From the NCBI GenBank assembly GCA_951406725.2, contig OX597814.1, forward strand, positions 134,850,001 to 134,914,000: a stretch of 64,000 nucleotides of DNA, written 5' to 3'. How positions within the stretch are numbered: position 1 is the stretch's first letter; each line of letters starts with the position of its first letter. Shown here in pieces: positions 13,165 through 24,700 of the stretch. The notes below the pieces were generated by a model, which made no database searches, was not told the DNA's origin, and was given only the letters and a program-made list of their open reading frames with translations. This DNA is from Octopus vulgaris (taxonomy: Eukaryota). Position numbers and translations under genes: made by a program.

Positions 13165-13176
13165 AATAATAATAAT
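12935..13176 (+). mobile_element. 5'-inverted copy of an (AAT)n-tailed non-autonomous retroelement
   Basis: 12935-13028 is the reverse complement of about 16436-16529; 13029-13125 is a direct match to about 16784-16880; (AAT)n tail at 13123-13176. Confidence 0.75.
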
Positions 13177-13522
13177 CCTTTGGGATTTTCCAGTCAACAC
13201 TGACAGAACGATCCAGGCTAATCGACCAAACATAATTATTACAGACAGGGAAGAAAATATTTGCAGACTAATAGCTGTAAGTGTTCCCACTGATAAAAAT
13301 ATATCTGTCAAGGAATTTGACAAACTAAGTAAATATAAGGATCTGGAAATTGAAATACAAAAGATGTGGCATCTTAAAATGAGAACTGTTCCTGTTATTG
13401 TAGGTGCCCTAGGTATGATAAAAAAGGGATGTCAGAAACATCTAGATAAGATCCCAGGAGAACCATGTCTCAGAGAAATCCAAAAGATTGTACCGACAAG
13501 TACTGCCCACATCCTTAGAAAA
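13177..13522 (+). mobile_element. R4/Dong-like LINE, restriction-like endonuclease (RLE) fragment
   Basis: LWDFPVNTDRTIQANRPNIII..KEFDKLSKYKDLEIEIQKMW..PVIVGALG is typical of RLE (RPD..D..EK..KY); begins directly after (AAT)n. Confidence 0.85.
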
Positions 13523-14520
13523 AACCCTATCGAAACAGAGGGAAACAGCTTTGGGTGGTATGTAAAAAATGCCGTGGAGAAGTCCGGTATCATCAACATT
13601 GATAATTGTATAAAGAAAGAAAAATTTAAAAAGGAAAAAAACTAAAAAATATAAAAAATGACACGGAAGCGAAAATGTACCGTCAGTTTGCAAGATATAC
13701 TAACGCCAAGACAGATACAGAAGACCGGTGGTTACGGATGCGAAGAAGTAACCAGAAGATAGAGACGGAAGCACTTATATGCGCCTCACAAGAACAAGCG
13801 TTAAGGACAAACTATGTGAAGTGCAGTACTGACAACACAATTGAGAGCGAAAAATGCAGAATGTGTGGTGAGAGGGGCGAAACTGTATGGCACATTGTTA
13901 GCGAATGCCCGAAATTGGCACAACGCGATTACAAAAGAAGACATGTCATAATGGCAAGAATTATCCACTGGGAGCTCTGTGGAAATCACGACCGACAAGG
14001 AGCAAAGACGTGGTATGATCAAATTCCAGGAGTTACCGAGAATGAAGACTGCAAAATCCCGTGAGAAGCAATGATTCAATGTGACCATCAGATCAATCAT
14101 CGTAAACCTGACATAGTTGTGGTGAACAAAAAAAACAAAAAACTTTCATGATAATCGTCAGCAGTATCATAAGAGAAAAAATAAAAACTGAACAACTATG
14201 ACGATTAGAAGTGGGAAATACGCAAGTTGTGAGTAGTGAAGAGAGTGGATGCGATACAATTTTTATATCAGCTCTAAAAACACTTGGAAGATTCAGCACT
14301 CAACTACCAATATGGTTCAAAACGATTGGTACAAATGTAAATATAGAACACCTACGAAAATCATCATTGCTCAGAACTGCAAGAGTTCTCCGCAGGGTTC
14401 TTGAAGAATAATTAGTAAACAAGTGTGGCCTTAGTCTGTTGGCTGTGGGCAGCTGACACTTTCCATCAAAACCAGCAAAATAAGCTGAGAGTTTTCATCA
14501 AATAGTAACAATAACAGCAG
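13523..14520 (+). mobile_element. Second R4/Dong-like LINE 3' fragment (CCHC + RLE + 3'UTR), frameshifted
   Basis: ETEALICASQEQALRTNY, CRMCGERGETVWHIVSEC zinc knuckle, RKPDIVV, C-terminus LLRTARVLRRVLEE*. Confidence 0.85.
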
Positions 14521-14774
14521 CAATAAGTAAAATAAACTTCCACCAGCAAACTAGATAACCAACGCATTACACACTCAACACACAATATAAGCAGTAATAC
14601 AACAAAAGACTGCATCACTCCTCAAGGGAAAAAAAACTGATACAATACAATACCGGGGAGAGTTTACACACACCCAACAACAGAAAAGAACACACAATGC
14701 TGCACACACCGCAGCAACTCGGAGGTGTAGCAGGTGATGCAGTAAAAACTATTAAATGTTGAACAACAACAACG

Positions 14775-14986
14775 GTTTCAAATTTTGCCACAAGAGCAGC
14801 AATTTTGGAGAAGGGATAAGTCGATTACATCGACCCCAGTGTTCAACTGGTACTTATTTTATCGACCCTGAAAGGATGAAAGGCAAATTTAACCTCGGCG
14901 GAATTTGAACTCAGAACGTAGCGACGGGCGAAGTACCGCTAAGTATTTCGTCCAGCGTGCTAACGATTCTGTCAGCTCGCCGCCTT
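14775..14986 (-). mobile_element. tRNA-derived SINE (family B)
   Basis: Minus strand reads GGCGGCGAGCTGACAGAATCGTTAGCACG..GAGTTCAAATTCCGCCGAGG..GGGTCGATAAAATAAGTACCAG; CpG-rich; repeated at 47255-48345 and near 57003. Confidence 0.8.
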
Positions 14987-15152
14987 GAATAGCTCGTATG
15001 TTAAGGAGAGTGTTGTCTCTTTGAGTTACAGAAGAAGGCACTACTTGAAACCGTTGGTGATTTGTTGCTGCCTGCTTTCAAGTAAAGAATAACCGGTAAT
15101 TAAGAACTATCTGAGAGGCTTTCATGATAATAAAAAATAAAATAATAATAAT

Positions 15153-16254
15153 GAAGAAAAGTTTTATATACAACGTATCGAAGGTGGTAGAGACCTTACA
15201 AAATAACCACCATAAGACCACAGAAATACCTACTTCAAATAGCTACAAAACACGAACAAAACAAAAAACTGTTTTTAGTCTTTAAGAAAGCTGACAAATA
15301 CAAAAAAGAAGTCATAGTACCTAACAACTATGAAGAAAAATAAGAAACAACAAAAGCCGTAGAACAACTGAAAGCCAAACTAAAACTGGAAAAGCAACGG
15401 ATCATAATAAAACGATGGCAAGAAAAGCCCCTTCATGGCAGATACTGGGTTGAATTAAACAGAAAAGAAATAGACAAGGGAAAATCCCAACAATAGCTGA
15501 GCTCAGGACTCAAAGCAGAAACTGAAGGATTTTTAATTGCAGCACAAGACCAAAGCTTTCCCACTAGAAATTATCAAAAACCATGTAAAGAAAAGAAATA
15601 CAAGTAAATGCAGAATATGTGGCGATGGACAAGATACAATGAATCCTTTTGTCTCTGACTGCCCAGTTCTGGCTTAGAAGGAATATATTCACAGACACGA
15701 CAGAGTTGGGACCTATATACACTAGAAGCTATGCCAACACCATGGAATAATAACAGAAAAAAGATGGTAGGCACACGCCAGAAAAGGTCACAGAAAATGA
15801 GAAAGCAACCATACTATGGGATATGCCAATACACACAGATATAGAAATTAAGGCCAATAGGCCGGATGTAGTTGTCAGAGATGACCAAGAAAAAAATGCT
15901 TTCTAATCGATGTATCAATATCAACAGATGACAATGTTTCTCTAAAAGAAACGGAGAAACTTCCAAAATACAAAGACCTGGAAATAGAGGCAACTCGAAT
16001 GTGGAGTCTAAAAACAGAAACAATTCCTATCATAGTAGGCGCATCAGGTATGATAAAAAAATATTCAGACAAATACATAACAAAAACACCAGGACTAACA
16101 AGCATATACAACATACAGAAAATAGCACTACTAGGCACTGCACACATCTTACGTAAAACACTTTCAATACAGTAAAAATAAGAGCATCACAACAAACCAC
16201 AGCACGTACCCAAGGCACACTGAGCTGCGCTCGGTAGTGCAGTGAAAGCACGTG
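15153..16254 (+). mobile_element. Third R4/Dong-like LINE 3' fragment, flanked by (AAT)n
   Basis: KPLHGRYW, AETEGFLIAAQDQ, CRICG..C, ILWDMPIHTD..ANRPDVVVRD..KYKDLEIE..IIVGA motifs; 3'UTR then (ATA)n at 16255-16323. Confidence 0.85.
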
Positions 16255-16320
<66 letters not shown>

Positions 16321-16323
<3 letters not shown>

Positions 16324-16896
16324 GCCCTGATGCAGTACCAGGCAGTGGGTCTCATGGCTTCTGATCTTAACTGATTGGAAGTGTTATCATGTACATTGTT
16401 TTGTCTTGGTATAAAAGATGGGCTACAGCAAATATTCTGCTCAATACCACAGATTTGCTTGTCAGTTGTTTGACCTTAACCAATTGAGCATGTCCCTTAG
16501 TGGCTGACGATATGTGCATCTCTGATCACGAGCAGAAGTAGTGGGGGAGCATCATAGCCATGTGTTGAGAGGGATTCTTTGGGGTTTGAATAATTCACCT
16601 CTGGAAACATGGGTGGTTCTTTCAACATCCTTAAACAACCCTTATTCAGGGACCTTTTGAGCGGGATGGGCTACTCAACCTGAAGAAAATTCTAACTGGG
16701 CCCCACCTGCCAGGTCATGCGCTGTTTATCTTGATATGAGATCACCATGTCGCGCACATATGGTTGTGATGCATGTGCCTGGTGTGCCCTTATCAAACGG
16801 GTAGTCATGATGGGTATATTGGGCTTCGTATATTTTACCCCAGTGTCACTTTGATGGCATGAACTGCTCTCTCACTCAATAATAATAATAATAATA
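16321..16896 (+). mobile_element. (AAT)n-flanked non-autonomous retroelement (longer copy)
   Basis: No ORF; bounded on both sides by (AAT)n; shares segments with 12935-13176. Confidence 0.7.
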
Positions 16897-17091
16897 ACCC
16901 TAAAACACGCGCGCACACACAAAATCATATTGATGCCAATGGTTTGCGAATTAACAATCCCAGGATTTTGTGATCAACAGCATATTAATATTTTTCCTTG
17001 TTTGCTACACATCAGTACCTTTATTTGTCTCCTTCGCATAAACAGACATTTCTGAATATCCTAAATTATTGAAGAACCTATGTTAAATTAA

Positions 17092-17460
17092 GGTGCAGTG
17101 GCTGTGTGGTAAGTAGCTTGTTTACCAACCACATGGTTCCGGGTTCGGTCCCACTGCGTGGCACCTTGGGCAAGTGTCTTCTTGGGCAAGTGTCTTGTGA
17201 GTGGATTTAGTAGACGGAAACTGAAAGAAGCCCGTCGTATATATGTATATATATGTGTGCGTGTATGTTTGTGTTTGTCCCCCTAGCATTGCTTGACAAC
17301 CGATGCTGGTGTGTTTATGTCCCCGTCACTTAGCGGTTCGGCAAAACAGATCGATAGAATAAGTACTGGGCTTACAAAGAATAAGTCCCGGGGTCGGGTT
17401 GCTCGATTAAAGGCGGTGCTCCAACATGGCCGCAGTCAAATGACTGAAACAAGTAAAAAG
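17092..17460 (+). mobile_element. tRNA-derived SINE (family A), young copy
   Basis: A/B boxes, retained CpGs, small internal duplication CTTGGGCAAGTGTCTT. Confidence 0.85.
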
Positions 17461-17461
17461 A

Positions 17462-17512
17462 GTATACATTACACATGTATATATATATGTATACACATGT
17501 ATATATACACAC

Positions 17513-17550
<38 letters not shown>

Positions 17551-17599
17551 GTGTATATATACATGTGTATACATATATATATACATGTGTAATGTATAC
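17462..17599. repeat. 138-bp near-perfect palindrome centred on (TA)n
   Basis: The two arms are reverse complements with one mismatch. Confidence 0.9.
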
Positions 17600-17611
17600 A
17601 CATGTATATAT

Positions 17612-18340
17612 GGCCTGTGTGTGTTTGATGGGGTGTGGGAGACAGACAGTATGTTGTGTAAGTGAAGTGCTTCTGTTAGTGTGTGTGAAGAGACAGACAT
17701 ACATATACACATACACCGAGTAAAAAATTACTATGAATCGGCCATACATACATACATACACACACACACATACATAGATACATACACACACACACATACA
17801 TACATACATACACACACACATACTTACACACACACACACACACATAGATACATACACACACACATACATACATACACACACACATACTTACACACACACA
17901 CATAGATACATACACACACACACATACATGCAGACATACATATACACATACACCGAGTAAAAAATTACGATGAATCGGCCATACATACATACATACACAC
18001 ACACATACTTACACACACACACATACATAGATACATACACACACACACATATACATGCATACATACATATACACATACACCGAGTAAAAAATCAGTTATC
18101 TCTCTCTTTCACACATTACTCTCTCTGTCTCTTCGCACACACTAACAGAAGCACTTCACTTACACAACATACTGTCTGTCTCCCACACCCCATCAAACAC
18201 ACACAGGCCGACTTCAAAGTGAAACCTTCTCGTCGTAAAATCGCTTCCTCTTAGTCTCTTTCGCTCTCATTACTTATGTAAAAAAATAAAAGTTTTTTAC
18301 GGAAATCGACGGAAATCTGATCTACGACATGCGAAACTTC

Positions 18341-18397
<57 letters not shown>
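17612..18397. repeat. 86-bp inverted repeat enclosing (CA)/(CATA) microsatellite units, ending at (TA)n
   Basis: 17612-17697 versus 18124-18209 with one mismatch; three CACCGAGTAAAAAA units between them; (TA)n at about 18345-18397. Confidence 0.85.
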
Positions 18398-18402
<5 letters not shown>

Positions 18403-18429
18403 TTAAACTTAACTTCAATTGTTTTATAA

Positions 18430-18747
18430 ACCTAACAGCGTGGTGGTACGTAAATAAACGGCGTAAATTAACGAAGGTATAAACCTGACGTAAATACACG
18501 AAGTTGACGACTTTCCTTCTGACAGCGCCAATGTTTTCTTTGTTTAGTTAACTAAAAAAATCTGGCCTTCGTTTAGAAAAGATCCGAAGTAGTTTACTTT
18601 ATTCTTTAATTGCTGCTATTTTAAAACACCGCTTGAAAATTGACTGTAAGACATCCCTCTGGGAACACGGTAAATGTAATACATGGTGCGAATTTTGAAA
18701 TTATTTAAAAAGGCGCGATATTTGACATTTGAAAAACTGTATTAAGA
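18430..18747 (+). promoter_or_regulatory. Probable MND1 promoter / 5'UTR
   Basis: Local CpG enrichment; TGACGTAA at 18486, E2F-like GCGCCAA at 18525 and CHR-like TTTGAA motifs before ATG|GTATGT. Confidence 0.45.
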
Positions 18748-18750
18748 ATG
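18748..18750 (+). CDS. MND1: MND1 exon 1 coding part (ATG only)
   Basis: AAGAATG|GTATGT; exon 2 begins in phase 0 at Ser2 and lacks the start Met. Confidence 0.7.
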
Positions 18751-21700
18751 GTATGTGTTCCCTGTTATTATCCTTTTCATTTATTTTCAATTCCTGAGCA
18801 TTTCCTGTTTCATTTGCTATTAGAAGCTGTGGTTTGTGAAAGCCCAATACTTGGGTGTCTATGAAAAACTTTCATTCTCTTGTAGTGTTAGATGATAAAC
18901 TCAGATAGTGACGTTCTCTTTTTAGTATCCTTGTCGCTTAAATTTTACATTTTATTGTCCCAGCTATGTATTCACCACTGCCGACTTTAACGCTATAGTA
19001 TATACTCCATTAAAAAGTTTTAAATGTATATATATTCATAATTCTAACTTCGAGTAAGGCAAAGCAAATCAGTACTAAACTACACCGAAAATTCTAGCAA
19101 AGGACAGCACTGCATTTATTAAATGTGTATGCCTCTCTGCTTTATAAATGATTTCAGAGACAATATATTAACATTTTTTGATCAAATATTTAGAGTAGAA
19201 AACAGAAATATATTAAAACGCACTCCTCAAAATATCTATTATTTGACTCTACATCGCGGCAAGACTTCCGCCCGTCCCTCCTCCCCAATAAAAACCCACC
19301 CTTAAAATTTTTTTTTTTCGACGCAACCCTCCACCTTTTCGGCTACGGGGAATATGAATCTGCAGAAAAATTGGCAAAAATCGGCATTTTTAAATTACCA
19401 CCCCTATTTCCTTCGTTTTTTACTTTTTTCAGGATTTTATCTTTCAAAATATGCGGGAAAATACGGAATTTAAGATTCTGAGAAACATTTCCAAAAATTT
19501 TAGAACTCTCGCTACACCAGCTTTGTAAGAGACCCCCATTTTCTCCCAACTTTGTTTATTAAAATTTTTTTTTTTTTTTGCCAAAAATCTCCGTTTTCGG
19601 ATATGGAGGTTCCTGAAAATTGCCAAAAATCGGCATTGTGAACCCCCCCCCCCTCTTCTCCCAAATTCTTCAATTTTGACATTTTTCCCTAGCACTAAGC
19701 CTAAGCCTAACCCTAAGCGAAAGTACAGAAATGTTTTGAAATTTTTGTCCGAATCATAATGTCAGTGTTTTTCCGCATATTTATAAAAAAAAATTTTTTT
19801 CAGCGGATTCCTGTTTTCGATGACGGAGATTATGAACAAAATCCATGTCTTCAAAATTTTAAATTCCCCCCTTCACACCCCAAATTTTTAAATTGTAACT
19901 TTTCTTCGAATTTTTTTTTCAATCTACGTGGGAAAATATGGAGATTAAGAATATGGAAAAAAAAAATAATTTCAAATTTTCTATGAGGAAACTCCAAAAT
20001 TGATTCATAACCTCTCACCAACCCAGCCTGCTGTCTAAAAGTGAAAATGAATGGCTTGTGTGTTTGTGTGTGTGTGCATGCGAATGAACAGAGAAAATAT
20101 ACCAAAATGTGTTTTATACATCTGTCATACATATCAGTTTTGCTTTTTTGCTTTAAACATTAGGCCTCACCGAGGCAATGACTAGTGACCGAGACCTTTG
20201 GAAATATGCTGTACATGAGAAGACCCGGCAAGCAAAGCGAGACCATATTCTCATGACCTATGCCAGGGGTGTAACCAGCCCACTTATGTGTACCTTTCCT
20301 TCATTGGACACTAAACTCTACTTGCGAAGATCTGCTGAGGCAAGTGAAATCAAAATCAAATTCGATGACTGGCATCTGTGCTAGTGGAGTGCTAAGAGTA
20401 CCATCCGAGTGTGATTGTTGCCAGAGCAGCCAACTGGCACGTAAAAAGCCATTCGAGCAAGGTCGTTACCAGTGCCGCTGGACTGGCTTGTATGCAGGTA
20501 GCACGTAAAAAACACCATTTGAGCATGGCTGTTGCAAGTACTGCCTTAATGGCCCTCATGCCGGTGGCACGTAAAAGCATCACTACACTCGCAGAGTGGT
20601 TGGCATTAGGAAGGGCATCCAGCTGTAGAAACTCTGCCAAATCAGATTGGAGCCTGCTGCAGCCATCTAGTTCGCCTATCCTCAGTCAAATCGTCCAACC
20701 CATGCTAGCATGGAAAGCGGATGTTAAACAATGATGATGATGTATATATATATATGTATATACTCTTTTTTACTCTTTTATTTGTTTCAGTCATATGACT
20801 GCGGCCATGCTGGAGCACCACCTTTAGTCAAGCATATCGACCCCAGGACTTATTCTTTGTAAGCCTAGTATTTATTCTATTGGCCTCTTTTACCGAACCG
20901 CTAAGTTACAGGAACGTAAACACACCAGCATCGGTTGTCAAGCGATGTTGTGGGGACAAACACAAACACACATATATATACATATATACGACGGGCTTCT
21001 TTCAGTTTCCATCTACCAAATCCACTCACAAGGCATTGGTCGGCCCGAGGCTATAGTAGAAGACACTTGCCCAAGGTGCCATGCAGTGGGACTGAACCTG
21101 GAACCATGAGTTGGTAAGCAAGCTACTTTCAAAAAAAAGAAAAAGGTTGATTTTTTTTGTGCTGGTATACTTGTAAACATTAGCCCAAAAATGTGAATTG
21201 ACAATTTGGTTATCTAGGATTAGATATTCAAAAGACAATAATCTTAGCTTAAGCAGTCTTCCATGGTATTTCTGTTTAAGAAGCAGCATAGAGTACTTTA
21301 AAAAATAGCATAAAGTATACGTGCAGGTACTATTAAGAAATATTACATGAACTTTTAATATCAATTTAGAAAAGATCATTTTATATGGTAGGATTCTATA
21401 GCTTCTACTTATGGTTTAGTCACAATTATTTAGTTACAGAACACCATTTCTCAGAAAGTTATATCCTCATCTCTACAGTTAGACTATAATATCTAAACTT
21501 ACACCAATATATGTGTGTGTGTGTGTATGTATATATATATATATATATTCAAGACCTGTCCACATTGCTGTACTTGAGAAGACCTGTCCACTACATTAGA
21601 ATTGAGATAGTAAAACCAAGGTGCCATGTAAAAAGCACCCAGTACACTGTGAAGTGGTTAGCATCAGGAAGGGCATCAAGCAATAGAAACCAAGTCAAAA

Positions 21701-24700
21701 TAGACTGTGGAGCTTGGTGTGGCCCTTGGCCTTGCGAGTTCCTGTCATGTGTCCAGTCCATGTCAGCATGGAAAACAGACGTTAAATGTTGAAGATGATA
21801 TATCATCACCTTCATTTAACACCCGCTTTCCATGCTGGCATGGGTTGAATGATTTGACCAGAGCTGGCAAACTGGAGAGCTGCACCAGGTTCCAGTTGAT
21901 TTGTCTTGATTTCTATGGCTGGATGCCCTTCCTAGTGCCAACCACTTTACAGAGTGTGCTGGGCACTTTTTATTGAATTGGCACAAATTGATGTTTACAT
22001 GAACCAGCACAAGGGCACTTGCAAAGCAAAAAGCCCTTGAGCTTGAGCAATTCTGCTGTGGTGGATAGGTCTTCTTGAGTACAGCAAAGTACCATATATC
22101 TTGGTCCTTTGTTATCTCCTTCATATGGCTCAGTGTCCTGAGATTGGCCTTCAGTACTTCATCCCATGTCTTCCTGGGTCTCCTTCTTCCACTAGTTCCA
22201 TCCACTTAAAGCGATCAGCATTTGTTTATGTATCTATCTACATCCATACACATCACAATGCCAAACCAACAGTCTTCTCTCTTGCACACTGCATCTAATT
22301 CCTCTTATGCCTAATTTTTCTCTCAAATGCACTAGCACTCTCTTGCACTTGTACACTTAGATTTCAAATCCAGCAGAGCATGCTAACTTCATTCCTCTCT
22401 AGCTTTCACATGTCTTCTGCATTCAGTGCCCACGTCTCACTATAATGTAGTATCACTGTTCATAAACATGCATCGTACAATCTCTCTTTCACTCAAAATT
22501 CTGGTGGAAAGTTTTAACTTAGATATGAAACTAAAGCCAGTAATTTTTTTTTTCAGTCGAAGAAATGGAGGTTGTGTCAGGCAAAGTAGTATCAAAAGGG
22601 TTATGCCAGTGGTTCCCAAACTTTTTCGGGCTGCTGCCCCTTGTCACCCTGGCCACATTCCTAGTACCCCCACTCTAACTAACCATCACCAAAGTAACTA
22701 TATTTCACAAATAAAACTTAACCTAATGAACCCATAATTTTGTTTTACATGAATCGCCCGTTTTGGCTACACCATTAATGCCCCACTTTTCTTCAACACC
22801 CCCTTGGAACTTTTTACCACCCCCGGGGGAGGAGGGGGCAACACCACCTACATTGAGAACTACTTGGTTACGCTAATGATATTGCAAAGTACATAACTCT
22901 GCTTGAACAAAACTCAGTTTCACTCTTACATCACTGTTAGCACAGTTAGTTTTGTAAGAAGACACACAGCTATTAAAACAATTATTTTAGCAGATTCTCT
23001 TACCTATGCAAATGTCAAAAAATAGACTTATGTATCAACAAATTGATTCAAATAGAAATATATATGTATACTCTTATGTGTGTGTGTGTGTGTCTGGAGG
23101 GGTGCTTTTTGCATTTAACCCAAGAGACATGGGCAAAGCTCCAAGAGTTCAAAGATTGGTTGGCCTCCTACTCAGTTAACTTCAATAAAACATTCTCATA
23201 TACTCAGTATCACCAAAGATACTGATTTCAAGGATAATAATATTGTTTTCATCAAAACAGTGTGAGAGGTTGCTTTTTGTGAGGATGGGATTAAAGTGCT
23301 ATGTTATAGGTTGAGTTTAGCTAGGGTACAAACCAGCTGAGGATCTGTTTGAATGTAATAGATGGAACACCATCCGAACCATTTACCTTCATCATCATCA
23401 TCATTTAACATCTGTTTTTCATGTGGTATGAAGTACATGGTTTGACAGGAGCTAGTAAACCAGAGGGCTGCACCAGACCCCAGTCGTCTGTTTCGACACA
23501 GTTTCTATGGCTGGATGCCCTTCCTAATACCAACCACTGTACTGGATGCTTTTTTATGTGGTGCCAGCACAGGTACTTTCTTATATGATGCCAACACAGG
23601 TGCTTTTTACATGGCACCAGCATGGCTACTTGATTCTACTTAGCTTGACATATCTTCTCAGGTACAATACCTTGGACTGAATAGACTGAATTTTCACTTC
23701 ACAACTGCATTTTTTTTTTTTTGTAAAATATATGCAAAGTGGATTTTAATGCCAGTTGTAAGTGTGCTGGCTTTATTGACTGGAGTACAGTCACAGAGAT
23801 ACATTGGATGAGAAGGGGTGTATATGTTTATAAAGATTTGGGCAAACTAATAGAAATCTGGCTGCAATTTGGGAGGTGCATGGGCTTACAAGTCAGAAAA
23901 TGAATGAAAGTATTATATTTCCTATGTTTTGCAGTTGTGAGTGAATACTTTGGATGTGGTGGTAGTGGGGTATTTCTCCAGGTCCTCTGTCATAAAGGCT
24001 CATGGCTTTGTGGTATGAATGTTGAACAACATTTGATGTGAGTGGAAAGTGAACCAAGTGTTGTATACATTGAAGTAACCTAGAGTTGTTTTTTTTTTAT
24101 CAGTAATATTATTATTGCTATTATATAGTCTAAAAAGAGAGGGCTGAGTGTTGAAGAAAAGAGAAGTCGAATGATGGAATTCTTCTTTGAAAAGGTAATG
24201 TTTTTCTAAAGTCTTAAATTTTTTTCAGTATTGCTAAATTCATAAATAAAGAATATTTTAAATGTTTAATATGTCTGGAAATACAGTTCTATAATTAAGA
24301 AATGAGGAATTATGTAAATAATGTTTGGAAATATTTGTATGCCATAAAATACTGTATGTATATGCTATGAAATAAAAATTACCTGTTAATCCTTATATTA
24401 ATTTGCAATAAAGTAAGGTTGTGTTTTTCCATTGCATTTATTTGTAATTTCTTTCTATTCTGGCAGAAGGAAATTCTGTTTTTAATTGTACAAATTTGCA
24501 ACTGCAATTAGGGAATCTTGAAGAGAATGAACAGAGTTTATGTGGTGATCTTCAGTAACCCAACTGTATTGTTAATAAATATGGAAAATAATAATTATAT
24601 TAATAAAAGCTTCTAACATCTGTGTAAGGCCCTGAGTTTACCTGCAACAACATTGATGCCAAGCTATATTGGCCTTTGCCTCTCCCTTGAACAACATCAA

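Noticed and set aside
13117-13176. Poly-Ile ORF starts (also 16164-16355)
   Set aside because: Translation of (AAT)n tracts.
17372-18076. Long ORFs rich in C/V/Y/M or H/T/Y
   Set aside because: Translations of (CA)n, (TA)n and (CATA)n microsatellites; not protein-coding.
20430-20585. Spaced GGCACGTAAAAA repeats resembling a CRISPR array
   Set aside because: They are internal repeats of the RTE 3'UTR, in a eukaryotic context with no cas genes.
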